64,000 bases of DNA from Actinomycetota bacterium (GTDB taxonomy: Bacteria; Actinomycetota; Aquicultoria; SURF-47): contig QZJE01000007.1 of assembly GCA_003599235.1 (NCBI GenBank), positions 16,585 through 80,584 on the forward strand, in the 5' to 3' direction. Positions 18,119 to 28,542 of the stretch are shown here, in pieces. Numbering within the stretch: the first letter of the stretch is position 1; the number at the start of each line of letters is the position of its first letter. The notes below the pieces were generated by a model. The model did not search any database, was not told the DNA's origin, and saw nothing but the letters and a program-made list of their open reading frames with translations. The translations under genes and the position numbers were made by a program.

Positions 18119-19159
18119 TTAGAATTGCTCCAAAAATCTCTGGTCGTTATCATAAAGCATCCTTATATCATCTAAGCCATATTTAAGCACTGCAACGCGT
18201 TCTACCCCCATACCAAAAGCAAAGCCGGTATACATATCAGAGTCTATCCCTCCATATTTTAAAACATTAGGGTCAACCATGCCGCAACCAAGTATTTCCA
18301 GCCAGCCGGTACCGCTACAGAGACGACAACCGCTGCCTTTGCATAGGCCGCAAGATACGTCTACCTCGGCACTAGGCTCAGTAAAAGGAAAATAATGCGG
18401 ACGCATTCTAATAGCCCTGTCTTCTCCAAATAGCTCTTTTACAAAAATTTCTAAGGTGCCCCGCAGGTCGCCAAAAGTTATTTTTTTATCAATAGCCAGT
18501 CCTTCTATCTGGTGAAACATGGGTACATGCGATGGATCAGCAACATCACGCCTGTAAGCTTTACCGGGAGCCAGTATATAAATAGGCGGTTTTTGTTTTT
18601 CCATTACCCGTATCTGTACAGGAGAGGTATGTGTTCTAAGAAGCACAGGCTCACCTTCCCTGTCAGGGTCGGTTAAACCTCTAATGTAGAAAGTGTCTTG
18701 TAAAGAACGAGCCGGATGGTCTTCAGGCGTGTTTAAGGCAGTGAAGTTGTAGAAATCAGTTTCTACCTCCGGACCTTCGGCTACCCTATATCCTAGCCCA
18801 AGAAATATCTGAATAGCTTCATCAATTATCTGGGTTACCAGGTGCTTTTTGCCATAATTTGGCTTTTTGCCTGGTAAACTCACATCTAATGCTTCTATTG
18901 CAGGCGGTTTAGCTTTAAGGCTTTTGAGCTTATCGTTGATAGCTGCTTCCAGCTTATTCTTTAACTCATTAGCCAGCTTACCCACAGCCGGACGCTCTTT
19001 AGGGTCTAGGTCACTTAAACCCCTTAATATCGAGGTAATCTCACCCTTACGGCCAAGATATTTTACCCTTATCTGCTCTATTTGTTCTTTATCAACTGCC
19101 TTATCCACAGCTTTTTCTGCTTGCCTATAGAGATTGTTTAATTTATCAACAGCCGGCAT
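18119..19159 (-). CDS. pheS: Phenylalanyl-tRNA synthetase alpha subunit
   Basis: HPAR, LRTHTS, FHQIEG, YFPFTEP, a CxxC..CxxC loop, and GFAFGMGVER. Confidence 0.97.
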   Translation of the reverse strand: MPAVDKLNNLYRQAEKAVDKAVDKEQIEQIRVKYLGRKGEITSILRGLSDLDPKERPAVGKLANELKNKLEAAINDKLKSLKAKPPAIEALDVSLPGKKPNYGKKHLVTQIIDEAIQIFLGLGYRVAEGPEVETDFYNFTALNTPEDHPARSLQDTFYIRGLTDPDREGEPVLLRTHTSPVQIRVMEKQKPPIYILAPGKAYRRDVADPSHVPMFHQIEGLAIDKKITFGDLRGTLEIFVKELFGEDRAIRMRPHYFPFTEPSAEVDVSCGLCKGSGCRLCSGTGWLEILGCGMVDPNVLKYGGIDSDMYTGFAFGMGVERVAVLKYGLDDIRMLYDNDQRFLEQF

Positions 19160-19242
19160 ATAACCTCGTTGTTCTAACTACTAGTTTTCTAAAAGAATAG
19201 CCGAACAAGCAGGTATTGTCTATTATTAAAGCGTTAGATAAT

Positions 19243-22200
19243 TTACAGAATAACTAATCTTGCTTTTGCAACTCTTAACTGCTTATTTCCAGCTCTGTCC
19301 GTAGCATACATAAAATATTCATAACTTCCTTTTCTTAATTTAGCTTTAGTCTTGATAATCCTTCTAACACCAATTTTTTGGCATCCAGTTTTTAACGTCT
19401 TGATTTGCTTTTTACCTTTCTTGATAATTATTTTCGTATAAAGTAATCCTCCGGTGAAAGCATCTCTTATCGTAGCCTTAAACTTAACAACCTTGCCTCT
19501 TCTTGCTCTTACATTGTATGCCTTAACCCTGGGCTTACTATTATCAACTACTACAAATAACTTTGTCACTTCTTCATCACCCATTGCATCCATGGCTTTA
19601 GCTGTAATAATATGCGGACCATTTCTTACTTTCCTTGTGTTCCAAATTATAGGATTTCTAAATCCAAAAGCCTTTTCATGGTTATCAAGAAATAACAAAA
19701 TGGTTTTGGGGACAAAGCCATCTAAACTTTCAATATTTATTTTAAAGCGGCCCCCAATATAGGAATTTGAAAGCCCTTTGAACTTTATTCTTGGTAATTT
19801 TTTAACATCCGTTTGCACCTCATTGCTATATGTACTTGCGTTACCAGCATTATCAACTGCCTTTACCCTAAAACTATAACTTTTCTTTTCCATCAGATCA
19901 GCAAATGTATAATTGTTCATATATATGGGCGTATTTACCTGCTGCCAATTGGTGTCGCCAATATTATATTCAAGTAAGTAATAGCTCATCCCAGATAAAC
20001 CTATCTGATCTTGTGATAATAACCAATTTAGATTAATAAAATAATCCCTAGTATGTTTAGGTATTTCTTGCAATAAAGGTGCACTTGGAGATGTCTTATC
20101 AATCTTTAATTCAATTTGTTTGTCTTGCTCTAGATTTCCAGCTTTATCTTGCGAACGATAAGCTAGGTTAGCAATTCCCTCTCGGTTGATACTAAATGCC
20201 GTATCGTAGACCTGCCAAGTAGCCCCGTTATCAAGGCTATACTCTGTCTTTTGTATTCCTAACCCATCAGCATTATCTTGAGCGCTTAAAGATACATTAA
20301 CATCTGAGGTATACCATCCATTATCTCCTTTGGCGCCTGAAATAATTATAGAAGTAACAGGAGAAGTTGTATCGGTAATCATAATCTTTGCCTCTAAGCT
20401 GCTCTCTAAATTACCTGTTTTGGCAACAACTTTAATGTTATGTAACCCCAATTTTTGTGACCCTAAATCATAACTAAATGATTGATATCCATTTACCGAA
20501 ACACCATTTGATATCACTTGGTTATTATCAATAATAACTTGAATATTTGCGCTAGATTGCTGGCTGGAAAAAACATCGTAGCTAAGCTTTACAGCATCGG
20601 CTGGGCAATATAACGGCTTGTCTGTTTTAATCGACGTTAGTGAAATACCTGTAATATCAAAATACTGGGTTCCACTATCCAAAACTACTCCGTTTTTGAC
20701 TATCCAATAACATAGTTTATGAATACCTAGTGTATTTGTATCCAGCTCTAAATCATAACTAAAGTCATTTTTGCCAGCGTTTAATTGCCTATTGGTATCC
20801 ATAACTTTTGTTTCTTTGCCGGTAGGATCATATATTGAAGCAATAAACTTGCCATCGAAAGCTGATTCACAATCAGCTTTGAAGTTTAGCTTTAACGTAT
20901 CTTGCGGATTATAAACACTCTTATCCAACGAAGAATCATTTATTGTTAAGTCGAGACTGTCGACATCAATGAAGATTTGCCCACTTTCACCATCTAAACT
21001 GTAATCGACGGGATAGGTTCCGCCCTTAAGTTCCTGCGGCAATTGGAAGTTAAAGGAAGTATCGCCAGAAATCGTCAGGTCTTTAATATAATTAGGTGCA
21101 TTAACTTTTAAAGTGCCTGGTTTGCTTGATTTTACTTCTATATTTACAGTGTCTCCAGGATTATAAACGCTTTTATCAGCAATCAAGCTTAAAGTATTGT
21201 TCTCTTGCCTTGCGTAAAGACTGTTTAGATATAATGCCCTGCCGGTACTTGCATATACTCCATAGGAGATTTTCTCCTCACCCTTATTAAGTGGAATATC
21301 TAAAGTAACTTGCTTGCTTCCATTAAGAATAAAGTTATCTGTTTTAGCTTCATTGTCACCGGATGATGCTTTCGCATAAACTTCAATTTCAGGCAACGTG
21401 CTTTCGTTAATAATGTCTAGCGTAATAAATGCATGGTCGCCTACCATATATACATCTTTATTAAGAGTAGCTTCTGTATTTATTTTGATACCCTTGATTT
21501 GGTAATCAATAGTTCTTTGCTCTTGACCTGCTAAATTATAAATTGCAGGATAACTTTTTTCCTCTAGATCGATAGGTGTGTTAAAAATAACCTGAATTTC
21601 TTTTTCTTCTCCAGGTTGAATATATTCGTACTTTTTATCGGTAAAAATACCGGTTGAATCGAAATCTAATTCTGCTTGAGCTTCGATGTTGCCAGTATTT
21701 TTAACCTTAAAATTAAAGGTAGCTTGTTCGCCAGTAGTAAAGCTAAGGTTTTGAGGCTCCTGGGTTATAGTAAAATGTGCAGGCTTAATTTCGACTGGGA
21801 TACTAGTGTTAGCTAAAACCGTACCATCAACTCCAATGGCTTCAACTAAAATATCATGCCTGCCCGGTGTTGCCGCCGCTGTTCGTAAGGCTGAATCGGT
21901 ATTTTTGCTTTCGCCGGCAGCAACTTCTACCTCGATTTCTGTAGAATCGAAAGTAGCGCCAGTCTTTAACTTCCCACAAAATGAACCAAATCCGCCATTT
22001 GTTAGCTTAGTAGTGAATGTGATTTTGCCATCTGGTGTTGGAGTTAGATTAAAACTCGTATTTAAACTAATATCGTTTTCTTTAAGCACCTTTACTGAGC
22101 TACTACCGGAAAATAGCGATGATTGATAGGCTAAATAATAAGTACCTGCATTTTGGGGACTAAACGTAACTGTACTATCATATACATTTCCTTTCGGAAC

Positions 22201-25200
22201 ATAAACGCTTTTGATTACAGATTCATTATTGAGACTAAAAGCAACGTCAAAAGAGCTGTCTATTAAGCCTGAGTTGGTAATACTAAAAGGTATCTCAATA
22301 ATTTTTCCTTGGCCATAGTACTCTTTTTGATTAAGTGCAATGTCGTCTTTTTCTCCAAAAGACACAGTTTTTGTTTGAGTTAAAGTAACATCTCCTGTTA
22401 GTTCTGCTTTAAACTCCGTATTCTTATTAATAGCAACCGAATAATCGACAATTTTTTGCTCGCCTGGCTGCAGAGTAATATTTTCTTGCTTTAGAATTCC
22501 ATTGTTATCTGAAAAAGCGAGGTCGCCACTAAACTCAATATCAGCAGCATTTTTAATAGTAGCGGTTAAGACAAAGGGGCTTATCCCGACCATCGAAGGA
22601 GCTTCAAAAGTTAACTCTGCTTTAGGCTGGATTATTTTTACCGACTCGTCGACAGTAGCATCAACAAACGTAGCTTTAAGATTAAAACTATCAGCTGCAG
22701 TAGTTGTGCAAGAAAAAGGCTTACTTTCGCCAGATGATAGATAAGAAATATTTTCTGTATAAATTACTTCCTGATTTTTATATATATTTAGCACTTTGTT
22801 TTCCAGTGGCAACTCTGCACTATTCTTTAATTGACCAGTAATAGTTATTGTTTCATTTGGCTTAAAGGCTTTTTTGTCAGCATTTAGAGATAACTCTGTT
22901 TTGCCTGGAAAGATATAGAAAGGATAGATACTCTTGGCAATTGTTTGACCGTTGCTGGATTTCAAAGTCTCTTGTAGATACAACTTACCTGTTGCGTCTA
23001 TTGAGCCTATTGCTTCACTGATATTTGATGTTTCATTAGGCGCTAGACTGATAGGCATTTGTTTTTGCCAGAATGTTTCTTTTGGTGATCCAGGATTAAA
23101 CAAATATACGCTAGAAGTCCCATTTTCATCTTCTTGCCAGACAACATTATTGCCCGAAACACTAGGAGAATATTGGTCTGAAGAGTCAGAAGTAACTCTG
23201 AACTCCGTTCTTGTTTCTAGATCATAACCGTAAACATCTTTATTTCCGTTTCGATTATCAGTCCAAGCAATCATATTCCCGTCTATAGTTGGTTCGGTTT
23301 GGTCGGAAGCATTACTGGTAATTCGCTGTTCTTTTTGAGTTGTAATACCGTATACATAAATATCCCAATTGCCATTTCTATTATCTTGATAAACGATTGT
23401 ATCCCCTGATATTGAAGGTAAAAGCTGCTCAAAGCTATCACTAGTTAAATTGCGCCTTGTGTTGGTAATAGTATTGAGTAAATAAATATCATCATTAAAA
23501 CTCCAAACAATATTGTTATTATCTATAGATGGAGAAAGGCCTAATCCAATCCCCCTCAACTCTCCTGTTAACATGTTGAATGTAGTAATTTCACCAAAAA
23601 AATCTGCCCAAACAACCGTATCTTCATAAATATCTGGATCTATACAAGGAGATTGGTAGGAATTACTTAGTTCCCTCATTTTATTGGTTATTAGGTCATA
23701 TGATATAATTTCAAGCCCGCCACCATTAGTTCCCCCTGACCAGACCATCATATCGCCCGATATTGCCAGTTTATTGTCACCTAAGAGTGGTTCCATACAG
23801 ATACCGGTATCTATTCTTCGTTTCTCTTTCATTTGCAAATCATAAACACACAAGCTATTAGATAAATCTGAAGACTCAGCCCAAATTGCCCTATTGTTGT
23901 CTACGACAGGCATTACTTGCTCTGAAACACTGGTTCCCATAGATGCATTGCTATTAACTTGGCTTGCTGTATTATCGTCAATGTCATACATGAAAATATC
24001 AGCATTGCCGTTTCTGTAGTCTTCCCATACTAGTATTTCGCCTTGTACATCTGGTGATATCTGCATCGCCCCTGAGGAATCTATTCTTTGGGTTGTTTTA
24101 GTCTCAATATCATAAACACATACTTTCCATCCATATGGCATATCCTCAGTTGAACAATCTGTCCAAACAACCTTATCATCCGACAAACAAGGAGTTGAGG
24201 GTTCATAAAATGATAAATGCTGTACTTCTGCAATCCTTTCTTCCGTTCCTGAAAGAAAGTCATACAAATACAAATAGTGCTTGTTATCTTCCGTTCTAAA
24301 CCACATAGCTTTATTATTTGTAATCGCTAATTTCTCATAGTTAGCATAACCACATGAGTAATCACTGCTTATTTGTGATGCAGATTTTGACTCTAAATCG
24401 TACATAACTACGCTGGGTTTTGAGGTTCGATTATCGACAAAAAGTAATCTATTTCCAGAGATAGCTGGTTTATTTTGGTTATTATAATAATCAGGCCATA
24501 ACACTTCCTCTGTTTTAGTAACTAAATCAAAAATGCATACTTTGTTTACAAAGCCCATGGATCTGATACCTACTACTCGATTACCTGAAATTACCGCATC
24601 GTTATAGCTGTAAGGCAGCTTGTATTGACCTTTATTAGCCAAATCATAGACATATATAGAATTGTTTTCATTCCACAAAATGTTATTTTCAAAGATCTGG
24701 ATATCTGAAATAAAATCACTGGTAGATGCAGCTACTTTACTTTCCTCTCTACTTCCAAAATCATACAAATAAATCTCATCCCTGCTACTGCGATTATCTA
24801 CCCAAACCACTTTGTTCTGCCATACTGCAGGGTCTCTTTGTTTTGCTAGTTGTGGGCCACAATCCAGTTTTGTTTTTGGGCCTGCCATTATTCCTAATCC
24901 GTCTTTGAATACTTGTAAGCTTAAAGATCCATTGTCAACTTGGTTGGAACCATTAATTATGTTGGTTAGACTGTTAGCTATTTGGCCATGTAAATAGGCA
25001 GTTTTATCTGTCCTAACAATCATCTCAGCATTTGCACCATCTATAAATATCTTTTCGTAAATCTTAGCTTTCTCGCCAGTAGAAAGATTAGTAAAATTTG
25101 CCTTTAAATAATAATCCCCTCTAACAACCTCTTGTGGAATACTAAAATTGATACTTTGCTCTTCTCCAGCTTTGACACTACTAGCTCCTGACTGGATGTT

Positions 25201-28200
25201 TAGGATATCTTGCCCAAAAGAACCATGTAAGTTTATTTCATATATATAGTCCGTATCAACACCGCCAGTATTTTCTAAATTCACCGTAACATCATCACCA
25301 GGATGGTAATTGCCATCCGATAAATCGGTTTGCAATAATGCGGCTGGGGTATATATTTTGCAATCAGTGCTCGTAAAACTAGTTCCTATCTGTAAAGAAA
25401 CACGAACATTGTGTTGTCCGGGTAGCAAATCCTCGCTTAGTTCCACAGGGATACTTAATGGAGTAACCGAATTTGATTTTGAGAACAACTGATATTGTTG
25501 TAAATAATTGTCATCGATTGCAAAAGATACTACGACATTCTCATAATCGAAACTACCGTCGTTAACTATATCTATGGGCCAATTAACAAAATCTCTTATC
25601 TTAAAGATATTCTTTTGCTGTTTGGAAAACACTCTTGCAGATGAAGAAATGGTACTCGAATAGAGGGGGCTGTTATCAATTGAGTAATTGAATTTGTAAT
25701 TGCCCAGTTCTACCTCTGGGAAATTAGGATAAAAATCAATAATTTTCGTCTCTCTACCTATAACAATTGGTTTACTCTCACTAAATAACTCAATATTCAA
25801 AGGGTTAATGACTGAGAGGTTTATTTCACCATCATAATAAGCACCCTCATTACCAAAAGTAATCTGTGTTGAATTGCGCCCTACGTGTAAACTTGGAATG
25901 TTTTGATTATTTACTTTTATGTCTGGTTTACAGAATATTTTTATTTTATTAATTGACTTGTTTTTTAAAGATCTATTAATTAGTATTTCAGTGTTAATTT
26001 GGTAATTTCCTGTTTTAGTTGATATATCTTTAAGAATTAATTCGTCCGAAGCAACATACAAATCATTGGCATTTAAAATAATTGGCCGAGTTATTGATTT
26101 AATAACCTTATTATCAGGATCAGTTATTTTCGTTAATAAATTGCATACCAAGCTGTAGCCGTAAGGGTTAGAAATTTGATTTGTCAAAGTCATGTTTTCG
26201 GATATATCGAAAGCATCTTTATTAGTCGTTTGCTTCATTTCTAAATCAGGGAAAAAAGAGAGGATTTCCTTGACACAAGTAGACGAGCAACTATCATCAA
26301 TAGACTTAGCCGAAAGACAAAACAACTCGTTACTAGCTATGTTAGTTGCTATGAAACCCACAACTGCACTTTGTTCTGCCTTAATGAGTACAGTATCCTC
26401 TAAATGATCAATCTGGGTGCCTGCATATCTTTTTAGATATTTTACATTTATCCATGTATCATGTTCGCTATTGTTGTAAACCGTTGCAGTAACTGGTACT
26501 GAGCAACCCTGAGGATAGAATTTATTAGGGTCGTTGATGCTAATACTTATTTTAGATGGGATATTGACTCCCTCTTGTGGTTCAATAGAGGAAAATCTTT
26601 TCCCTTCAGATTGGGGCTGTATTATCTCATCATTAACCCCATGTAATTCATAATCGATATAGTTAATTCCTAAATTATTAGATATTGGATTGCTCTCATA
26701 TTCAATACTTGTTGTTTCTCCAGCATCAAGATTTATATCAACAACCCTATTTGCTACTGGCTTTCTATCCCTATTAGTTAATATAAGCTTCACTTTTTTG
26801 GCCGAATACTTTGTTAAGTTTTTTATGTATTGTGAAACAGCTAGCGCTTCATTGGCTTTTACAACTTGAATGTTTTCATTTGGGTTCTTTGCCCAGGATA
26901 TTATGTCTTCAAATAATGTTCTTTCAGAGGATGATATTGAACGCATCCCGTAAGACCAATCTAGCATTGATGAAGTAACAATAATCATTCCCTTATTGTA
27001 TGGATAAGCGACAATATCAGGCATATTATTTGCAACTCTCATCGACAGTATTTCAGAGTTGCTGGGGCAGTTATATAAATAACCGTCAACCGGTAAATTT
27101 AAGACCGTGCTAGTTTGCCCCGAAAAAATTGGATGAATTTTTGATATTCTTGTTGAATCACCGTAACAGCTAATGTCTTCACGCCAGCCTGCTCCGCTAA
27201 TATTGCCAGGTAAAGCATTAAAATAGCGGCCGTATTGTTGGTCGAAGCAAATAATTGTCCCGCCTTCTTCTGCACATTTTTTGAGCTTTTCTTTAAATAC
27301 TTCGGAGGTATCTAGGCCTGTTAAACCTCCTGTTGGAATTATTAGGATTTGATTGCTCTTTGAGGAAGTAGGATCAAACTCTTCCGGAGTTACATCTATA
27401 TAGGGCTCGTTTATGTTATCTAAGAACTTTCTATCGGCAAAATAAAACCCCGTTTTCAGTAATTGGATATCGGGTGTTGCCTTCCAGTCGGCACTTATTT
27501 GTAAAGCATTGTTATTGATATCCCTGCTTAAATTACTAATTACCTTTTCTTGATTATCTAATTCTTCTTTACTGGCACCGCTTCCTTGAAGTACTTGATA
27601 TTTTTCTAGTTCATCAAGCATCCGCTTGGATTTAAGAAAGCTGTTAAGTGTACCTTTTTTAACAGCTAACCGTAAAAATTTATTCATCTCTTGTTTTAAT
27701 GATGTGAAGTCCGTGTTTACAATACTGGAACTAGAGTAGTTATCATCAGGATGATCATTTCCCGGATGGTCCAGAAGATGGTTAGAATAAACAAAATCCT
27801 CTATTAAACTCTTTACCGAGCCAATAGCCGCAGGCGCTAACTCATCTAAATACCATTTATTTACAGCTTCACCATCTTCCCCGCTTAAATCGTACGGATA
27901 TAAACCAAGTGGAAAATATTCAACCCAAGTTTGTCGGAAAGGAGATAATGTTAGATTAGTGAAGCTGTTGTGTAATTGAAAATCATAGTCCGCGGTGCGC
28001 CATAAGCTTCTGTCAAAAGTATAGTAAGCCATAGATCTAAGACTTAATGAACCACTTGGACGTGTTGAATTTTCCCAATGTGCTTTGAAGTAATCTTCTG
28101 TACTATCCCCACCGATAATAGAACCATGCGGTTTTGAATGAACATGAGATGGCGAGGCCATGTCTTCAAGTAAATGAGCAGCCCTACCTAATGAATAAAA

Positions 28201-28542
28201 TGCATTACTGACCATACCTTTACTGGCTAAATTATCAGCCTCATCCTTGTTAGTGTTAAACCTGCGGAGTGCCGTTAAATAAGTGTCTCCTAACCACCCT
28301 TGGCCAGTATAAGGATTATATCCATGATACATCCACCAAGCTGCCTGATCTTCATCAGAAGAACCATCAGCTAATTTTTGCTTGTTTGATCTTACAATCT
28401 CCGAGCTTACATAATCAGCAGCAATTGAAGTCATATTCTTGTGAATGCCAGGATCATGAGCTTTGACTTTGTTGGTCAAGATAATAGGCATAATTAAGAT
28501 GATTATTAATATTGCAAAAGCCTTTAAAATTATACTTTTCAT
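19243..28542 (-). CDS. Giant secreted multidomain protein: Zn-dependent PLC/P1 nuclease-like head, Ig/MG2-like repeats, beta-propeller repeats, FN3/Ig, basic C-terminal domain
   Basis: Signal peptide ending VKA, then HDPGIH, HGYNP and LGRAAHLLEDMASPSH. Repeated (T/A/L)DKxxY/FxxxD starts, repeated VWxDxRNGNxDIYxYD blades, GDNGWYTSDV and FRVKAVDNAGN. Confidence 0.85.
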   Translation of the reverse strand: MKSIILKAFAILIIILIMPIILTNKVKAHDPGIHKNMTSIAADYVSSEIVRSNKQKLADGSSDEDQAAWWMYHGYNPYTGQGWLGDTYLTALRRFNTNKDEADNLASKGMVSNAFYSLGRAAHLLEDMASPSHVHSKPHGSIIGGDSTEDYFKAHWENSTRPSGSLSLRSMAYYTFDRSLWRTADYDFQLHNSFTNLTLSPFRQTWVEYFPLGLYPYDLSGEDGEAVNKWYLDELAPAAIGSVKSLIEDFVYSNHLLDHPGNDHPDDNYSSSSIVNTDFTSLKQEMNKFLRLAVKKGTLNSFLKSKRMLDELEKYQVLQGSGASKEELDNQEKVISNLSRDINNNALQISADWKATPDIQLLKTGFYFADRKFLDNINEPYIDVTPEEFDPTSSKSNQILIIPTGGLTGLDTSEVFKEKLKKCAEEGGTIICFDQQYGRYFNALPGNISGAGWREDISCYGDSTRISKIHPIFSGQTSTVLNLPVDGYLYNCPSNSEILSMRVANNMPDIVAYPYNKGMIIVTSSMLDWSYGMRSISSSERTLFEDIISWAKNPNENIQVVKANEALAVSQYIKNLTKYSAKKVKLILTNRDRKPVANRVVDINLDAGETTSIEYESNPISNNLGINYIDYELHGVNDEIIQPQSEGKRFSSIEPQEGVNIPSKISISINDPNKFYPQGCSVPVTATVYNNSEHDTWINVKYLKRYAGTQIDHLEDTVLIKAEQSAVVGFIATNIASNELFCLSAKSIDDSCSSTCVKEILSFFPDLEMKQTTNKDAFDISENMTLTNQISNPYGYSLVCNLLTKITDPDNKVIKSITRPIILNANDLYVASDELILKDISTKTGNYQINTEILINRSLKNKSINKIKIFCKPDIKVNNQNIPSLHVGRNSTQITFGNEGAYYDGEINLSVINPLNIELFSESKPIVIGRETKIIDFYPNFPEVELGNYKFNYSIDNSPLYSSTISSSARVFSKQQKNIFKIRDFVNWPIDIVNDGSFDYENVVVSFAIDDNYLQQYQLFSKSNSVTPLSIPVELSEDLLPGQHNVRVSLQIGTSFTSTDCKIYTPAALLQTDLSDGNYHPGDDVTVNLENTGGVDTDYIYEINLHGSFGQDILNIQSGASSVKAGEEQSINFSIPQEVVRGDYYLKANFTNLSTGEKAKIYEKIFIDGANAEMIVRTDKTAYLHGQIANSLTNIINGSNQVDNGSLSLQVFKDGLGIMAGPKTKLDCGPQLAKQRDPAVWQNKVVWVDNRSSRDEIYLYDFGSREESKVAASTSDFISDIQIFENNILWNENNSIYVYDLANKGQYKLPYSYNDAVISGNRVVGIRSMGFVNKVCIFDLVTKTEEVLWPDYYNNQNKPAISGNRLLFVDNRTSKPSVVMYDLESKSASQISSDYSCGYANYEKLAITNNKAMWFRTEDNKHYLYLYDFLSGTEERIAEVQHLSFYEPSTPCLSDDKVVWTDCSTEDMPYGWKVCVYDIETKTTQRIDSSGAMQISPDVQGEILVWEDYRNGNADIFMYDIDDNTASQVNSNASMGTSVSEQVMPVVDNNRAIWAESSDLSNSLCVYDLQMKEKRRIDTGICMEPLLGDNKLAISGDMMVWSGGTNGGGLEIISYDLITNKMRELSNSYQSPCIDPDIYEDTVVWADFFGEITTFNMLTGELRGIGLGLSPSIDNNNIVWSFNDDIYLLNTITNTRRNLTSDSFEQLLPSISGDTIVYQDNRNGNWDIYVYGITTQKEQRITSNASDQTEPTIDGNMIAWTDNRNGNKDVYGYDLETRTEFRVTSDSSDQYSPSVSGNNVVWQEDENGTSSVYLFNPGSPKETFWQKQMPISLAPNETSNISEAIGSIDATGKLYLQETLKSSNGQTIAKSIYPFYIFPGKTELSLNADKKAFKPNETITITGQLKNSAELPLENKVLNIYKNQEVIYTENISYLSSGESKPFSCTTTAADSFNLKATFVDATVDESVKIIQPKAELTFEAPSMVGISPFVLTATIKNAADIEFSGDLAFSDNNGILKQENITLQPGEQKIVDYSVAINKNTEFKAELTGDVTLTQTKTVSFGEKDDIALNQKEYYGQGKIIEIPFSITNSGLIDSSFDVAFSLNNESVIKSVYVPKGNVYDSTVTFSPQNAGTYYLAYQSSLFSGSSSVKVLKENDISLNTSFNLTPTPDGKITFTTKLTNGGFGSFCGKLKTGATFDSTEIEVEVAAGESKNTDSALRTAAATPGRHDILVEAIGVDGTVLANTSIPVEIKPAHFTITQEPQNLSFTTGEQATFNFKVKNTGNIEAQAELDFDSTGIFTDKKYEYIQPGEEKEIQVIFNTPIDLEEKSYPAIYNLAGQEQRTIDYQIKGIKINTEATLNKDVYMVGDHAFITLDIINESTLPEIEVYAKASSGDNEAKTDNFILNGSKQVTLDIPLNKGEEKISYGVYASTGRALYLNSLYARQENNTLSLIADKSVYNPGDTVNIEVKSSKPGTLKVNAPNYIKDLTISGDTSFNFQLPQELKGGTYPVDYSLDGESGQIFIDVDSLDLTINDSSLDKSVYNPQDTLKLNFKADCESAFDGKFIASIYDPTGKETKVMDTNRQLNAGKNDFSYDLELDTNTLGIHKLCYWIVKNGVVLDSGTQYFDITGISLTSIKTDKPLYCPADAVKLSYDVFSSQQSSANIQVIIDNNQVISNGVSVNGYQSFSYDLGSQKLGLHNIKVVAKTGNLESSLEAKIMITDTTSPVTSIIISGAKGDNGWYTSDVNVSLSAQDNADGLGIQKTEYSLDNGATWQVYDTAFSINREGIANLAYRSQDKAGNLEQDKQIELKIDKTSPSAPLLQEIPKHTRDYFINLNWLLSQDQIGLSGMSYYLLEYNIGDTNWQQVNTPIYMNNYTFADLMEKKSYSFRVKAVDNAGNASTYSNEVQTDVKKLPRIKFKGLSNSYIGGRFKINIESLDGFVPKTILLFLDNHEKAFGFRNPIIWNTRKVRNGPHIITAKAMDAMGDEEVTKLFVVVDNSKPRVKAYNVRARRGKVVKFKATIRDAFTGGLLYTKIIIKKGKKQIKTLKTGCQKIGVRRIIKTKAKLRKGSYEYFMYATDRAGNKQLRVAKARLVIL

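Noticed and set aside
18640..18690. Extra residues in PheS (GLTDPDREGEP) as another palindromic insert
   Set aside because: This loop is naturally variable in PheS and I see no convincing hairpin or flanking repeat.
19160..19242. T-box riboswitch upstream of pheS
   Set aside because: The spacer is too short and has no T-box consensus (AAGGTGGTACC-like) or specifier stem.
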